Source: Felis catus (lineage: Eukaryota). Taken from it: 64,000 nt of DNA. This document shows positions 26,746 through 40,405 of this stretch, in pieces. The position numbers and the translations under genes were made by a program. The DNA lies in NCBI RefSeq assembly GCF_018350175.1, contig NC_058368.1, positions 123,816,001 through 123,880,000 on the forward strand. The letters are read 5' to 3'. Under the pieces are notes generated by a model. That model was given only the letters and a program-made list of their open reading frames with translations. It did not search any database and had not been told where the DNA came from. How positions within the stretch are numbered: position 1 is the stretch's first letter; every line of letters starts with the position of its first letter.

Positions 26746-29498
26746 AAGAAAATTTAAACAGGCCCATAACCAGCAAAGAAATTGAATCAGTTATCAAAAA
26801 AATCTCCCCACAAGTAAGAGTCCTGGGCCAGATAGATTCCCAGGGGAATTCTACCAGACATTTAAAGATGAGTTAAATACCTATGTTTCTCACACCTTTC
26901 CAAAAAAATAGAAATGGAAGGAAAACTTCCAAACTCATTCTCTGAAGCCAGCATTACCTTGATTCCAAACCAGACAAAGACCCCATTAAAAAGGAGAATT
27001 ATAGGCTAAGATCCCTGATGAACATGGATGCAAAACTTCTCAACAATATACTAGCAAATCAAATTCAACAGTATATGAAAAGAATTATTCACCATTATCA
27101 AGTCGGATTTACTTCTGGGCTGTGGTACTGGTTCAACATTTGCAAATCAATAAACATGATACACCACATTAATAAAAGAAAGGATAAGAACCATATGATC
27201 CTGTCAATAGATGCAGAAAAAACATCTGACAAAATACAACATCCTTTCTTGATAAAAATCCTCAAGAAAGTAGGAATAGAAGGAACATACCTCAAGATCA
27301 TATAGGCCATATATGAAAGACCCACTGCTAATATCATCCTCAGCAGGGAAAAACTGAGACCTTTTCCCCTATGGTCAGGAACATGACAGGGATGTCCACT
27401 CTCACCACTGTTATTCAACATAGTGTTGGAAGTCCTAGCCTTAGTAATCAGACAACAAAAAGAAGTAAAAGGCATCTAAACTGGCAAGGAAGAAGTCAAA
27501 CTTTCATTCTTCAGAGATGACACAATACTCTACATGGAACACCTGAAAGACTCCACAAAAAAACTGCCAGAGTTTATATATGAATCCAGCAAAGTTGCAG
27601 GATATAAAATCAATATACAGAAATCAGTTGCATTTCTATACAACAATAATGGAGCAGAAGAGATATCAAGGAATCAATCCCATTTACAATTGCACCAAAA
27701 CTCATAAGAAACCTAGGAAAAAACCCAGGTAAAAAGAGGTAAAAGATCTGTATGCTGAAAACTATAGAAAGCTTATGAAAGAAGTTGAAGAAGACACAAA
27801 GATATGGGAAAAAATTCCATGCTCATGAATTGGAAGACTATTGTTAAAATGTTGACACTACCTACAGCAATCTACACATTCATTGCAATCCCTATCAAAA
27901 TAACACCAGCATTCTTCACAGAGCTAGAAAAACAATCCTAACATTTGTATGGAACCAGAAAAGACCCTGAATAGCCAAAGTCATGTTGAAAAAGAAAACC
28001 AAAGCTGGAGGCATAATTCCAGACTTTAAGCTGTATTACAAAGCTGAAATCATCAAGACAGTATGGTATTGGCACAAAAACAGACACAAAGATCAATGGA
28101 ACACAATACAGAACCCAGAAATGGACCCACAAAGATATGGGCAACTAGTCTTTGACAAAGCAGGAAAGAGTATCCCATGGAAAAAAGACAGTCTCTTCAG
28201 CAAATGGTGCTGGGAGAACTGGACAGCGACATGCAGAAGAGTGAAACTGGACCACTTTCTTACACCATACAAAAAACAATTCTAAATGCGTGAAAGACCT
28301 AAATGTGAGATAGGAAACTATCAAAATCCTACAGGAGAAAACAGGCAGCAACCTCTTTGACCTAGGCTGCAGCAACTTCTTGATATGTCTCCAGAGGCGA
28401 GGGAAACAAAAGCAAAAATGGGTTATTGGGACCTCATCAAGATAAAAAGCCTCTGCACAGCAAAGGAAACAATCAACAAAACTAAAAGGCATGGACAGAA
28501 AGGAAGATATTTGCAAATGACATCTTGAATAAAGGATTAGTATCTGAAATCTATAAAGAACTTACCAACCTCAACACCCCCCCCCCAAAAAAAAAAAAAA
28601 TACTCCAGCGAAGAAATGGGCAGAAGACATGAATAGGCACTTTTCCAAAGAAGATATCCAAATGGCTAACAGACACAGGAAAAGATACCCAACATCACTC
28701 ATCATCAGGGAAATACAAATCAAAACCACAAAGAGATACCACCTTATACCAGTCAGTGTGACTAAAATTAACAACTCAGGACACAACAGGTGTTGGTGAG
28801 GATGTGGAGAAAAGGGAACCTCTGGCACTGTTGGTGGGAATGCAAACCTGTGCAGCCACTCTGGAAAACAGTATGGAGTTTCCTCAAAAAATTAAAAATA
28901 GAACTACCCTATGATCCATCAATTGCACTACAAGATATTTATCCAAAGGATACAAAAATGCTGATTTGAAGGAGCACATGTGCCCCAATGTTTACAGCAG
29001 CACTATCAATAGCCAAACTATGGAAACAGCCCAAATGTCCATTGACTGAAGAATAGAGGAAGATGATGTGGTACCTATATACAATGGAATACTACTCGGC
29101 TATGAAAAAGAATGAGATTTTTCCATTTGCAACAACATGGATGGAACTAGAGTATATTTTGCTAAGCAAAATAAGTCAGTCAGGGAAAGACAGATAACAT
29201 ATGATTCACTCCTATGTGAAATTTGAGAAACACAACAGATGAACATAGGGGAAGGGAAGAAAAAATAAGATAGAAACAGAGAGGGAGGCAAACCATAAGA
29301 GACTCCTAAATACAGAGAACAAACTGAGGGTGGCTGGAGGGGAGGTGGGTGGGAGGATGGGTTGAATGGGTGATGGGCATTAAGGAGGGCATTGTGGGGA
29401 TGGGCAGTGAGTGTCGTATGTAAGAGATGAATTACTGGGCTCTGCTCCTGAAGACAAGACTACACTGTATGTTAACTAATTGAATTTTAAAAAAAGGA

Positions 29499-29720
29499 GG
29501 GGGCACCTGGGCGGCTCAGTGAGTTGAGCATTCGACTTTGGCTCAGGTCTGATCTCACCCTTTGTGAGTTTGAGCCCTGCATTGGGCTCTGTGCTGACAG
29601 CTCAGAGCCAGGAACCCACTTCAGATTCTGTGTCCTCCTATCTCTCTGACCCTTCCCCATTCACACTCTGTGTCTCTTTTTCTCAAAAAATAAATAAACA
29701 TTAAAAATTAAAAAAAAAAA
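29499..29720 (+). mobile_element. Can-SINE in the L1 A-tail
   Basis: Head follows directly after the L1 3' end. Confidence 0.9.
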
Positions 29721-30144
29721 ATTCGGACTCCCTAATCCTTTTCTCAGATTCAGGGATTTAACCTCTTCTCTGCCATTTAAGAAGTAAGCGGTGGAGTGGT
29801 TGGGGAACCAGTTCTTGGAAGTCTTACCTCAAACAGAATTAATCGTTTCCTGGATTAATCCCCAACACACTAGGAAGGAAGCCTCATTTTTCCAGTCCCT
29901 TCTCCATTTCCTTTCTCTCTTATAGGGACTCATGTACCTGACATTCTTTGCCAGGTTTCCTATATTCTTCCCCATTGGTCCTGTCATGACATCCTATGCA
30001 ATGCTCAGAAATCCAAAAAGTAAGAATCCTCTTGTGTTGATGGAGACAACCATACTGGTTCCTATGCAAAATGTGGCTGGGGGAACTAGAATTCTGACCT
30101 AAGTCACTGGTACTAGATTAGAAACAAAAGGAGTCAGACAGCAA

Positions 30145-30763
30145 TAAACTCTCCCAGTTCTTTTATTTTGTGTAAATTTCATGACCACAAAGCCTATACT
30201 GACATTCTTTCTCTCTTTTAAACAGAGATTAAGGATGCAGTTAAGAGTTCACTCTATTAACACTGATGCCATGGAAATTTCTTTTTAAAAATGAGGTATT
30301 TGGTTTACTGTCCCAAACAGTAAATGTTTGGACAAACTGCAGAAATGATCTAGCAAGTAATAAAATGAAAGTGAATATATTCAAACATGAAACAGAAATA
30401 GCATCTGGCAATAGTTGCTGTGACACCCTGAGAATCTTTACTGTAGTCAAAATAAACCTATGCACCTTAAAACTGTAAAAGCAAAAACCAGCGTGATTTT
30501 TCCTAAGGGCTTACGCTTCTACTCAGAAAAGACAGTGAGAATGAGGAGGTGGTGAATATGAAAAAAGATAAAGATCATTGCCCCCTTTTCCACTCTAATC
30601 AAAATTACTTATTAATGGACCTCCATTTCCCTTTTTTTCCCCCCAAATTATCTTAGGAAAACATTTAGAATTACAGCAATAACACCATTTACAAGTGAAT
30701 TTATGTGGAATTGTTGTCAAAGTTGAAAATACCACAAAAGATCTTGAGAAAACATTGAGTATT
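30145..30763 (-). other. SLC38A9: Probable SLC38A9 3' UTR
   Basis: Repeat-free AT-rich sequence after the stop codon, ending at a minus-strand AATAAA. The cleavage site is inferred. Confidence 0.6.
30162..30167 (-). terminator. Candidate polyadenylation signal AATAAA for SLC38A9
   Basis: tttatt on the plus strand about 600 nt past the stop, followed on the minus strand by U/GU-rich sequence. Confidence 0.6.
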
Positions 30764-30929
30764 TCACATAAAAAACTGAACAATCAAATTAGCCAGGCCC
30801 AAAATGATGATGAAAACGTGAAAGATTAATTTCGGCCATGTCAGACGGTCTTCTTGGTGGAGGGAAATTATATAGATGAGAGATGGGTATATGAATACAA
30901 AGGCCAGGCCGCATGCTGCTCCTGAATAC
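30764..30929 (-). CDS. SLC38A9: SLC38A9 last coding exon: (R)[54 protein letters not shown]
   Basis: Acceptor tttcacag|G, TGA stop at 30766-30764. Matches the SLC38A9 C-terminus ...ANLIVQFFM. Confidence 0.97.
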
Positions 30930-32088
30930 CTGTGAAATAAAAACTTTGTGGATTAATATTAATCTTGCATTTTGTTTTTGCTGATTTATAATTAAGGTAA
31001 ATATAGTACCATTTAAACCCTCTTTAATCTAATAAGGCAACAAAATTATTTTTGATTCAAGTGTTGCAGACATAATGCATGTCAGTTGAAAACATTTTAC
31101 TTGCTAAGCTAATATAAAATATTATTTCCTGTTCATCTTTATAGCATCTGCTTGACAGAGTTTTTTATGCATCTCTCCAATCTCCATAGTTCTTCTACGT
31201 CTCCATGTTTGTGGCTGCTTCCTCAGAAACATCTGGAGACAGGCTTCCTATCTTTGATCTTTTATAAACTAATTATGCATTCTGAGTCTTTGAAGGACTG
31301 CTAGCATCTGCTTGAGAAGGAGAACAGATGAGTATCTCTGTGGTGTTCAGCATAATTATCAAAGATAGTAACAAAAATACCTCAACAAAAGACTGTCAGA
31401 TCCGCACTTTCTTCTTCTTTACCCTATCCTTAGCTTAACAGAAACTTGAAAATCCATTATATTCAATAAGCATCAGGCCAATGCTCTCTCCTGATTCTTG
31501 GTACTTTCTTAGGTAAGGGTCTTCAAAAAAGTGACTCAGCCCTGCTTTCTATAGTCAAGGAAGAGAAATCAGCCCAGTATTCCATGAGAATTTGAGGTCA
31601 CAACTTCACTCCCCATATATTCAACCCATCACAACATTTTTAGAGAAAATATATTAAGTAAAGAGCCATATGGGATCTAAACTCCCATCTCAACTCTTAC
31701 TCTCTGACTGCAACTCATAGTGAAACACGTTCTTGAGTAGAAATGGATTTAAAAACTTAGAACACAGCCTTAACATACTAGAGATCTTCAGGTACTCCAA
31801 GGAGTTACAGATTTTATATAAATTTTTTTTTATCTTGTATAAAGAGAAAAAGGTATAAAAGAAAAAGAGAAGGGGAAAGATGCCCAAGGGATAATGGGGC
31901 TTCTAGAATCAGGAAGAAGCAGTGATGGAAGATCATGAGCACTTTGACAGCAGAGAACTACATTTGAATGCTACCAGTTTTAAATACAATAATTTCATAT
32001 AATTAAATTAACAACAACAATATCAACAGGAAAACCATAAAAATAAAGGCCAATATATGAAGGGACAGAGTTTCCTTATAGGCTGTAC

Positions 32089-32178
32089 CTTATGATTCCT
32101 CCTATGTTTGGGTAGAAACAGGCCATGATTACTCCAGCTCCCACAATAATTAGATTAAGAATCAGCACGTGGAAAATG
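32089..32178 (-). CDS. SLC38A9: SLC38A9 coding exon, 90 nt: (S)[29 protein letters not shown](R)
   Basis: Acceptor ttttag|C, donor AG|gtacag, phase 2-2. Visible inside ORF 32076..32258. Confidence 0.97.
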
Positions 32179-32909
32179 CTAAAAGTTGAGGAGTTTGGAA
32201 GAAAAGATAAAAATAAAAACAGGCAAATTATAACCATTAATATGAGAATAAAATTCATTACTAATATTTTTAAAATGAAAATGTCTTAAACTTGACAATA
32301 AAGTCGCAGCAAAAATTGAAGGCAATGATAGTACTCAATGATAGTGACGGGACAGTGACCTTGCTCCTTTTGTATAAATATATGAATACGTTAAGTTTGT
32401 CAGAACAAACTAGTGTGTATCAGAGTTCACACCCTTTGGTCCATAATTGCATTTGGAATTTCTTAATAAACAAAAATATGAAAAAAGCCATTAACTTCAA
32501 GATATTTGTGGCAAAACCAGAAGTATCCTAGATATACAGCAAGGTAATAATTTACCTGATGGGATATATTAAAAAGTATTCAAAATAACTTATTATTGTT
32601 ACCTAGATGGTAAAAAGTCATCTAGACAACTTGGAAAAAAGCTAGCTAGATTTTTACTACAGAAAATCTGAAAACATTTGAAAAGATATCAAAAGGAACT
32701 ATACTAAAAAGGCAGTAATAATTGTGTTATGATTTGGGATTTGGAGTAATTTTGCCCCTTTTCTGTATTTAACAAACTTTCTATGTGTTTTTCTGTAAAG
32801 TATTTATTTACTTTAAGGGAAAAGGCAAAATGGGCAGGTTGTCATCCTTCAGGTCCAGTCACTTAAAGATATTCAGTGAATAGAAAATAATGAATAGAAA
32901 AATAATGTA

Positions 32910-33120
32910 GGGGTGCCTGGATTGCCCAGTTGGTTAAGCATCCAACTCTTGATTTTGGCTCAGGTCATGATCTCACAGTTCTTGAGTTCAAGCCCCACAT
33001 CAGGTTTCTGCTAACAGCGTGGAGCCTGCTTGGGATTCTCTCTCTCCCTTTTTCTCTGTCCCTCCCATGCATGTGCTCTCTCTCAAAATAAATAAATAAA
33101 CTTAAAGAAAAAGAAAAAGA
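32910..33120 (+). mobile_element. Can-SINE
   Basis: Head ggggtgcctgg, (CT)n and A-tail. Confidence 0.9.
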
Positions 33121-33930
33121 ATAAGAATGGGCATAAAATTTGATGCTCAAGAAATAACTCCATTTCCCAAAAAGTTGATTCTTAAAAGCCAAATTTATAC
33201 CTTAAAGCAACCTTGTGAGCCCAGGTTATCAGAAGGTAATTAAAACCCGATAAAGATTATAGAGAATAAGGAAAAATATTTACACAAATAAGCAGTTAGT
33301 TCTACCTCCTCATGAATTACAAAGATATTCAGGCTTCCAGATCTTATTATTTATCTAGAAACTCCAACTTTAAAAATTGCTCCAGAGCTTTGAGACAATG
33401 GCTCTTTTGTTATTTCTGTGTTATAAAAGGAAACAACGTTGTGTATTTTCCAAAGAAGTGGTTCTGAGTGTAACCACAAACCCCAGGGAAGTTCCCAATA
33501 CCTTTTCAGGAAGTCACTGAGGTAAAAATTAATTTCAAATCATAAAAGACATTACTTGCTTTGCAAAAGCAATTGTAGGTAAAACTGCTGGCCCCTTAGC
33601 ATGGATAGACAGTTGCACCATTTTGTATTCTATACTGTATGCTTTATTGCAAAACACTCTCAAACAAATAGTCCTTCATAAAAAAGTAAAAGTTACTAGT
33701 TTTATTAACTTTCATGTTTTGGACACACACCTTTTTGCTATTCTGTGTCATTAAACAGGAAGTACATAATACAGCTTATCTGCTGCATGGTGAGGTATAA
33801 TGGTTGTCTTGAGGAAAAGTACTTGTGCAACTGAGCTGGAGAGCAACCTAGCCCTTTTTTCCAACGAATGCTATTTTTATGTGAAAGGCAGACAAACTGC
33901 GGTTCTTCAGACTCGGATGTTAGACAGACA

Positions 33931-34163
33931 TTTTCTTTTTCTTTTTTTTAATTTTTTTTTTTTTTTGACGTTTATTTAGAAACAGAGAGAGACAGAGCAT
34001 GAACGGGGGAGGGTCAGAGAGAGAGGGAGACACGGAATCAGAAACAGGCTCCAGGCTCTGAGCGGTCAGCACAGAGCCTGACGCAGGGCTCGAACTCACA
34101 GACTGCGAGATCATGACCTGAGCTGAAGTTGGCCGCTTAACCGACTGAGCCACCCAGGCGCCC
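33931..34163 (-). mobile_element. Can-SINE inside Charlie1a
   Basis: TSD gacagacattttctt. Confidence 0.92.
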
Positions 34164-34752
34164 TGACAGACATTTTCTTAAAAACGAAAGCTTATCATCT
34201 TGTCACTTCAAGGAAAACATGTGTATGTGTTGTCAATGATAAAATTTGAGCTTTCAAGTAAAAATTAGAATTTTGGACAGCTTGTACTTGCCACCCTCAG
34301 TTTGACAGTTTTTCAATATTTAAAGAGGTTTATAATGAAATTGGTGGCAATATTACAAAAGTGGGTTTTGATATTATAAGGAAGTGTGTCAACATTTGGA
34401 AGATCTGCAGAAATCAGTGAAATGATATTTTCCAGGTGACTAAACATGATGTTACAAAAACATCACGGGTAAAGGATCCAAAGTGTAAGACAGACCAATG
34501 GGTTTTAATATACTGAATTTCTGATTTGACTAACTTATTGGAAACTACCACTTGTTAAAATTTGGCAAAGTATCAAAGAAGAATATCCACAATAGTCTGA
34601 AAAGGCTATTAAAAGACTGCTTTTCCAACAACATGTCTATGTGAGGGTAGATTTTCTTCATAGGTTTTAATGAAAACAACATATTTTAACAGACTGAATG
34701 CAGAAGATAGGAGAATCCAATTATCTTCTAGCAAATCAGAGTTTTGAAAATG

Positions 34753-35153
34753 TGGGGTGTCTTGCTGGCTTAGTTGGAAGAGCATGTGACTCTTGGTTTC
34801 AGGCTTGTGAATTCAAGCCGCATGTGGGGTGTAGAAATTACTTAAATAAATAAAACTTTAAAAAGTTTGGAAAATGTAAAATAAAAGTTTTTTGGGAAAC
34901 AATTATTTTTCATAAATATGTTATTTTAAAACAAGTAATAGTTTTATATTATTGCTTTTTAAAAATATTTTATTTAATGCTTATTTACTTTTGGGGGGTG
35001 TAGAGGTAGAGAGAAGGAGACACAGAATCTGAAGCAGGCTCCAAGATCTGAGCTGTCAGCACAGAGCCCGACGTGGGGCTCAAATTCACGGAGTATGAGA
35101 TCATAACCTGAGCCGAAGCTGGACGCTCAACCGACTGAATCACCCAGGCACCC
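34753..35153. mobile_element. Short plus-strand Can-SINE (34753-34865) and minus-strand Can-SINE (34960-35153) inside Charlie1a
   Basis: Two SINE heads in opposite orientation. Confidence 0.85.
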
Positions 35154-36181
35154 TATTAATGTTTTTTAAATAAATTCATTAATATTCAAAAATTTTTCAG
35201 TTTTAATTTTTCATATGTTAAATATTGATAGATATAACTCACAAAAGGTAAATAAAGTTCCTGGGGGTTCTCAATAAACTTTAAGAGTATAAAGGAGGTA
35301 CTGAGCTCAAAAAAGTATGCTCTGAATCATGCAGTCTGTAGAGGACTTGTAACTGCAGGATAAATGGTAGTGTGTTCCTGGTGGTAGAGAAAGAAATGCA
35401 ATGTGAACATGAAAGGGAAATTTCAGACTATTTCCAAGAAGAAAAAACATTCTAATAGCCACCATTATGCAAAATAATGGCAGAAAACAGGAATAATTCA
35501 TTTACCTAGAATTTTTTTCATCTATGTCTTCATTGTATTTGTTTTATTATGGTGAATGTAAATACAGCGCAGGGTATAAACACAATAGGAGTCTTGTATG
35601 TACTGAAGTCCAACCTTCAAGATGAGCAATGTTAGAACTGTAGCTGTTGCTACTATCAATGCTAGAGACCTGGTACCTCTGGACTTTTGCTTTCATAGAT
35701 TTTTTATTTTTAAACAAACATATTTATATTAATTATTTAGTTAATGAGGGAAAATACTGCATTAGTTCACTTTGGAGAAGAACTGATGAAGACTTGTTTT
35801 AGCTGGTTACTGTAAATGTAATTACAAAATTTTTTGTATGAAAGTTTTCTTCATTTAAGACCATTTATTTCAAGTAAAATAGGTTCGGACTAGGTACTTT
35901 TTACGAGGATGAATCTATACTAAAACTTAATGTTAGCAGGAGTTAACCAGGAATCCAGCATGAAGTTTTAGGGAAACACTGAAGCAGTTTATGAAAATTT
36001 CTCTTGGATGAGGGTGATTAGCTTTGAACAGATTTTCAAAAGGACTCAAAACTGCTCTATCACCAATAAGAGACTGAAAACTATAGCAGTAGTTACAGGA
36101 ACAAATAGGAATTTAAACTTGTTATATATCTCACCTTCACTTCTAAACAATTATGATTTATGTAAAAATGCATGAATGTTA

Positions 36182-36408
36182 GGGGCACCTGGTGGCTCAG
36201 TCGTTTGAGCATCCGACTTTAGCTCAGGTCATGATCTCACGGTTCATGCATGAGTTTGAGCCCTGTGTCGGATTCTGTGCTAACATCTCAGGGCCTGGAG
36301 GCTGCTTTGTATTCTGTGTCTCCCTCTCTCTCTGCCCCTCCCTGGCTCATGCTCCGTCTCTCTCTCTCTCTCTCTCTGTCTCAAGAATAAACATTAAAAA
36401 AAAATTTT
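36182..36408 (+). mobile_element. Can-SINE
   Basis: TSD aatgcatgaatgtta. Confidence 0.92.
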
Positions 36409-36614
36409 TAATGCATGAATGTTAATAAATATATGAGTAAATATTAATAATCAATAACTAAAATAAGAGTTGCTTCTCATTAGCCATACATTGCCAATAC
36501 AGGTACTATAACTATTAACTTCCTGGCAATGTGTAAATAAATTGGCAGCTAAAACGTAAGATAAACATAACTGATATCAGAGCTAATATAACTAAACTAG
36601 AGGGGATTATCTTT

Positions 36615-36842
36615 ATTTATTTATTAAAACAATTTTTTTTTGATGTTTATTTATTTTTGAGAGAGACAGAGTGTGAGTGGGGGAAGGGCAGAGAGAGAGA
36701 GAGGGAGACACAGCATCAGAAGCAGGCTCCAGGCTCCGAGCTGTCAGCACAGAGCCTGATGTGGGGCTCGAACTCACAAACCTTGAGATCATGACCTGAG
36801 CTGAAGTCAGATGCTTAACCAACTGAGCCACCCAGGCGCCCC
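36615..36842 (-). mobile_element. Can-SINE
   Basis: TSD gaggggattatcttta. Confidence 0.92.
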
Positions 36843-37054
36843 GAGGGGATTATCTTTAAATCAATCTGGACAAGGAAGTAGCTTCTAATTTTAAAGCTCT
36901 TCAGGGAAAAGAACACCAGTGACCTATCTTTAGTAACCATTTTCATTAGGCAAATTTTTATAGCAAAAGGATCAGTCACATTTTAAACTGACCTGTTTGC
37001 ACAGTCATTTGTTGCTTGGCACATCTTGCTGGCCAACAGAAGAGGAGCCCTTAC

Positions 37055-37203
37055 CTAGGATAAATGTCACCGAAGACATGGCCCAATAGCTGAACTCGAG
37101 CCAAATAGCCTAGGAGTGGGTATACAGTCATCATCTGGAACAGCAGGAATATCCTTGCAATGAAGGACAGGATGTCACTGCTAGGGAAGTTGTCTAAAAA
37201 ATT
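37055..37203 (-). CDS. SLC38A9: SLC38A9 coding exon, 149 nt: [49 protein letters not shown](S)
   Basis: Acceptor ggattag|AAT, donor AG|gtaagg, phase 0-2. Confidence 0.97.
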
Positions 37204-38309
37204 CTAATCCAAGAAAGATAATGAAGTAATGTTAAAAATCAATTCAGTATATACAAATTTATATAATGGAATGTCTGTTTTTTTTGGAACATAGGTGCAA
37301 CTCAAATTGTGGTTTGCTCATCCACAAACTGTTTACATTAACTATTATTCTTCAATGAACCAAGTACAGAAATTGAAATAAGTGTTTAGAAACTTTGATA
37401 CAAATTTGACATTGCCGCATTTTTATTCAGTTTTACAAAAGTATCAGTCTTCAATTGATTTGACATTAAAACAAATGACAAAGAAACCTTCCCCTTCGCT
37501 CTGGATCACCTTGTATCATTACTATTTGCAGGCTATAACTAAAAGAAGGATTTATTTTTATTTCCTTTCATGATTTTATCCATTTTAGTTTGGCATCTAA
37601 AAAAAAGTTAATCAGAATTTTTTTTTTAATTTTCAAATAAGAATACCATAGCTATTACTATTCCCAAGGGAGTGGCCTTTATATGGGATTGTTCACATTG
37701 GGGGAATTTTCAGCAAGCATCTTCCTGCCAAAGAACTTCTGGAATCAAGGAAATCAAAAGAAGAACATTTCAAGCTATCATAACAGTAATAACTCAAACT
37801 TATTTCTCTTATAAAGATGAGAACATTATTAATGTTATTATGCTGAAATAACTCTTATAATTCATCCATAATAAATCACACTGTATATTCCACAACACTC
37901 TTATTGGAGGAATTTCTTATTGGAGGAATTGGAGACTAGAAAAAAAGCCATCTGTAAAATGCTATTTTTGTGAGAAATCTGTCAGTCACATTAAACTAGA
38001 AACTATACTATTCCTAAATTTATGATAGGCCAAATCAAAGAAAGTATTACTTATAGCAACTTTTTTGTAATTTTTTCCTTTTATTCATTCTGTCTTTCCT
38101 TCTCTTTTTAATGGTTAAATAGTCTTTCTTTGTTTTACTGACTGCCAGGCAGTACAAAATGAGTGTTAGACCTATTATTGGGGACTGATGAGCAAAGACA
38201 TCAGATTATCCAGGACATTTCCAGATCTGGGCTTTGCAAAATAAGGAGATTGAATGTATTCTCAGTGGAGGTTTTATAAATTCATGAATAGCACTAGTAA
38301 CAGTTTTCC

Positions 38310-38560
38310 AAACAATAATAATAGTATGCACACAATAGGAATCATCTATTTGAGTACCAAAAGAGGCCAGCATACAGTATGCTTTCTCAAGAATCTCTTT
38401 AAAAATCTATGGTGTATGTATTATACTGCTTCATGGGATAGAAAACTGAAGTTCGGAAAGGATAGGGAAGGTGCCTAAATTCTCACATGTACAGTAAATA
38501 GTAGAGATGGTATTCAAACCCAGGTCTGTCTGGTATTGTATCTTGCTACTGTCTCACCCT
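38310..38560 (-). mobile_element. MIR
   Basis: gaaaactgaagttcggaaagg...gtagagatggtattcaaacccaggtctgtctg. Confidence 0.6.
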
Positions 38561-38620
38561 GCCTGCTTTGCAGATATGAATGTATAAACAATCACAAAGA
38601 GAGGGTACCTAGTGCCTTAC

Positions 38621-38734
38621 CTGCTCTATGCAATCTTTGGTTAATGGTGGTGAAGGAAATGAAGCAAAAACCAGGACTCCAATATAGAGGTAGGTTAATG
38701 TCACCAGCATATAAGCAATGGACAAGTCTCTCAC
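38621..38734 (-). CDS. SLC38A9: SLC38A9 coding exon, 114 nt: [38 protein letters not shown]
   Basis: Acceptor ttttacag|GTG, donor CAG|gtaagg, phase 0-0. Continues the frame of the previous exon. Confidence 0.97.
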
Positions 38735-40198
38735 CTGTAAAAAGAGAACAAAATTCCCATGATACTGAATAAATTTGCAGTTAAGTCTGCCTGAAGAGAC
38801 TAAATAAGAAAACTGACAAATAAATACAAGATTTATCTTTTTGCTATGTGTGTTTGTGTGTATGTGCCTTCCAGGTATCCAATCTGTTCACAGAAACTAA
38901 ATAAAACAAAATTCACATACTTTACAATTAACCTGACTTTTTTTTTTTTTACTATTTTGGAGTATGCAGATTAAGCTACAAATTGGCAGATTTAGTAAAT
39001 TAACGTAAGTGGTGACTCAACAGAAAATTACGACTAATTTCTAAGGTAATTTATTTACCAAATTATAAAAACATTTCACTAAAAATAATAAAGCTAAGGG
39101 ACAATAAGAAAGCAAAATAAGCCATCTTCAGTATGACTGACAGAATTAAAAGTCCTTCTTTTAGTAAAATGTGTTAAACCATCAAAGCATGCCTAGGCTG
39201 AAAGAAACTGGTACACATTAAAAAATATATTTAATAAAGAAGAAATGCTAGTTAAAGGGCAGACAGTAAGCAGGTATCAAAGACAAGCTTAATAAACCTA
39301 AACAGTAAACAAAAGGAAATCAAAAGGCAGCTGTTCAAACAGCTGCACAATGTTATTATTGGAAGCAGTAAACAAATGCAGCATATTAAATCAAGTGGGT
39401 TGCTTTCTTCCACCACTGCTCCTACCCTCCTGACCTCCTACCCCCATGTGAAGTAAAAAGCTCCAAGATATTTAACGCAGCCAGCTGTCAGATCCAAACA
39501 GAACAGATCCCACAGCTCACGAATCTGGTCTCCATCACCACTAAAGTTACAGCCAAACAATTCAGCACAACTAAATTATGGCAAGAAGCCTATTCATTTT
39601 TCATTTTAAACACAAATTGCTTTGAAAGCTAAGAAAACAGATAAGAAAAAAATTATATACAATTTTACTTTAGTTTGATAACACTATAAGAAAAGTGAAC
39701 ATTTGGCATTAAGGAACATTACTGATCTTTTGGACGACTCTTTCCTTAAATGGGTTGAGCAATAGTAGAAACTTATAAACTTGAATGTTGATAAATTCAC
39801 TTAAAAGCAAGTAACAAACGATGAGAAATCCTAATGTTAGGTCTAAGTAGACAATCAACTTGAAAACAAACCAGGATTCTCTACCCTGAACTACATGGTG
39901 GACAGGCCTAAGAAGCTACAGGAGCTTAGACTATGCAGGATGATTCTAGCATTCTCAAAAAGCTTCTAACTGTTTAGGGTTGCGGAAGGAGTGGCTTACC
40001 AAAACTCCAGGGGGCTTTCAAAGTCTTTCCTCTTTAAAGTTCACGAAGCCTAGGGCCCATTTCAGGCTAGCCTTCAGTCACTCCTAAGGTTGTCTCATGG
40101 TCTTGTATAAGATGAACAGAAATGAATCTGGCAACTCTAACTTTCATAGCAAAGGGTAGTAGTCTCCTGTTACGATGTTTAAAAGTCCTTCTACCACT

Positions 40199-40405
40199 GG
40201 GGCACCCGGAAGGCTCAGTCAGTTAAGTGACTGACTCCTGGTTTCAGTTTAGGTCATGATCTCGTGGTTCATGAGTTTGAGCACCACATCGGGCTCTGTG
40301 CTGACAGCGTGGAGCCTGCTTGGGATCTTCTCTCTCCCTCTCTGCTCCTCCTGCATGTTTGCGTGCTCTCTCTCTAAATAAATAAGTAAACTTAAAAGAA
40401 AAAAA
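40199..40405 (+). mobile_element. Can-SINE
   Basis: TSD aaaagtccttctac. Confidence 0.92.

Larger units (their letters stand above)
22439..29497 (+). mobile_element. Full-length carnivore/felid LINE-1, inactivated; 5'UTR, ORF1 ~24040-24905, ORF2 ~25196-29220, 3'UTR
   Basis: Starts ggaggagttaagatggc. ORF fragments match L1 endonuclease (FSRINHILGHK) and RT ([24 protein letters not shown]). G-rich 3'UTR. Many stops and frameshifts. Degenerate TSD at 22422-22438 and 29717-29733. Confidence 0.95.
33456..35324 (+). mobile_element. hAT-Charlie (Charlie1a-like) DNA transposon relic with three SINE insertions
   Basis: Terminus agtggttct. Degraded transposase with WLSRGK-like tggttgtcttgaggaaaagt, SLQGK and KEEYPQ.SEKAIK. 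Confidence 0.85.

Noticed and set aside
25392..28285. Several ORFs with endonuclease/RT similarity as an active retroelement
   Set aside because: They are fragments of one L1 ORF2 broken by stops, frameshifts and a SINE.
29327..29404. G-quadruplex-like G-runs
   Set aside because: Standard feature of L1 3'UTRs.
33456..35324. Domesticated hAT transposase gene
   Set aside because: Frameshifts, stops and three SINE insertions mark it as an ordinary Charlie1a relic.
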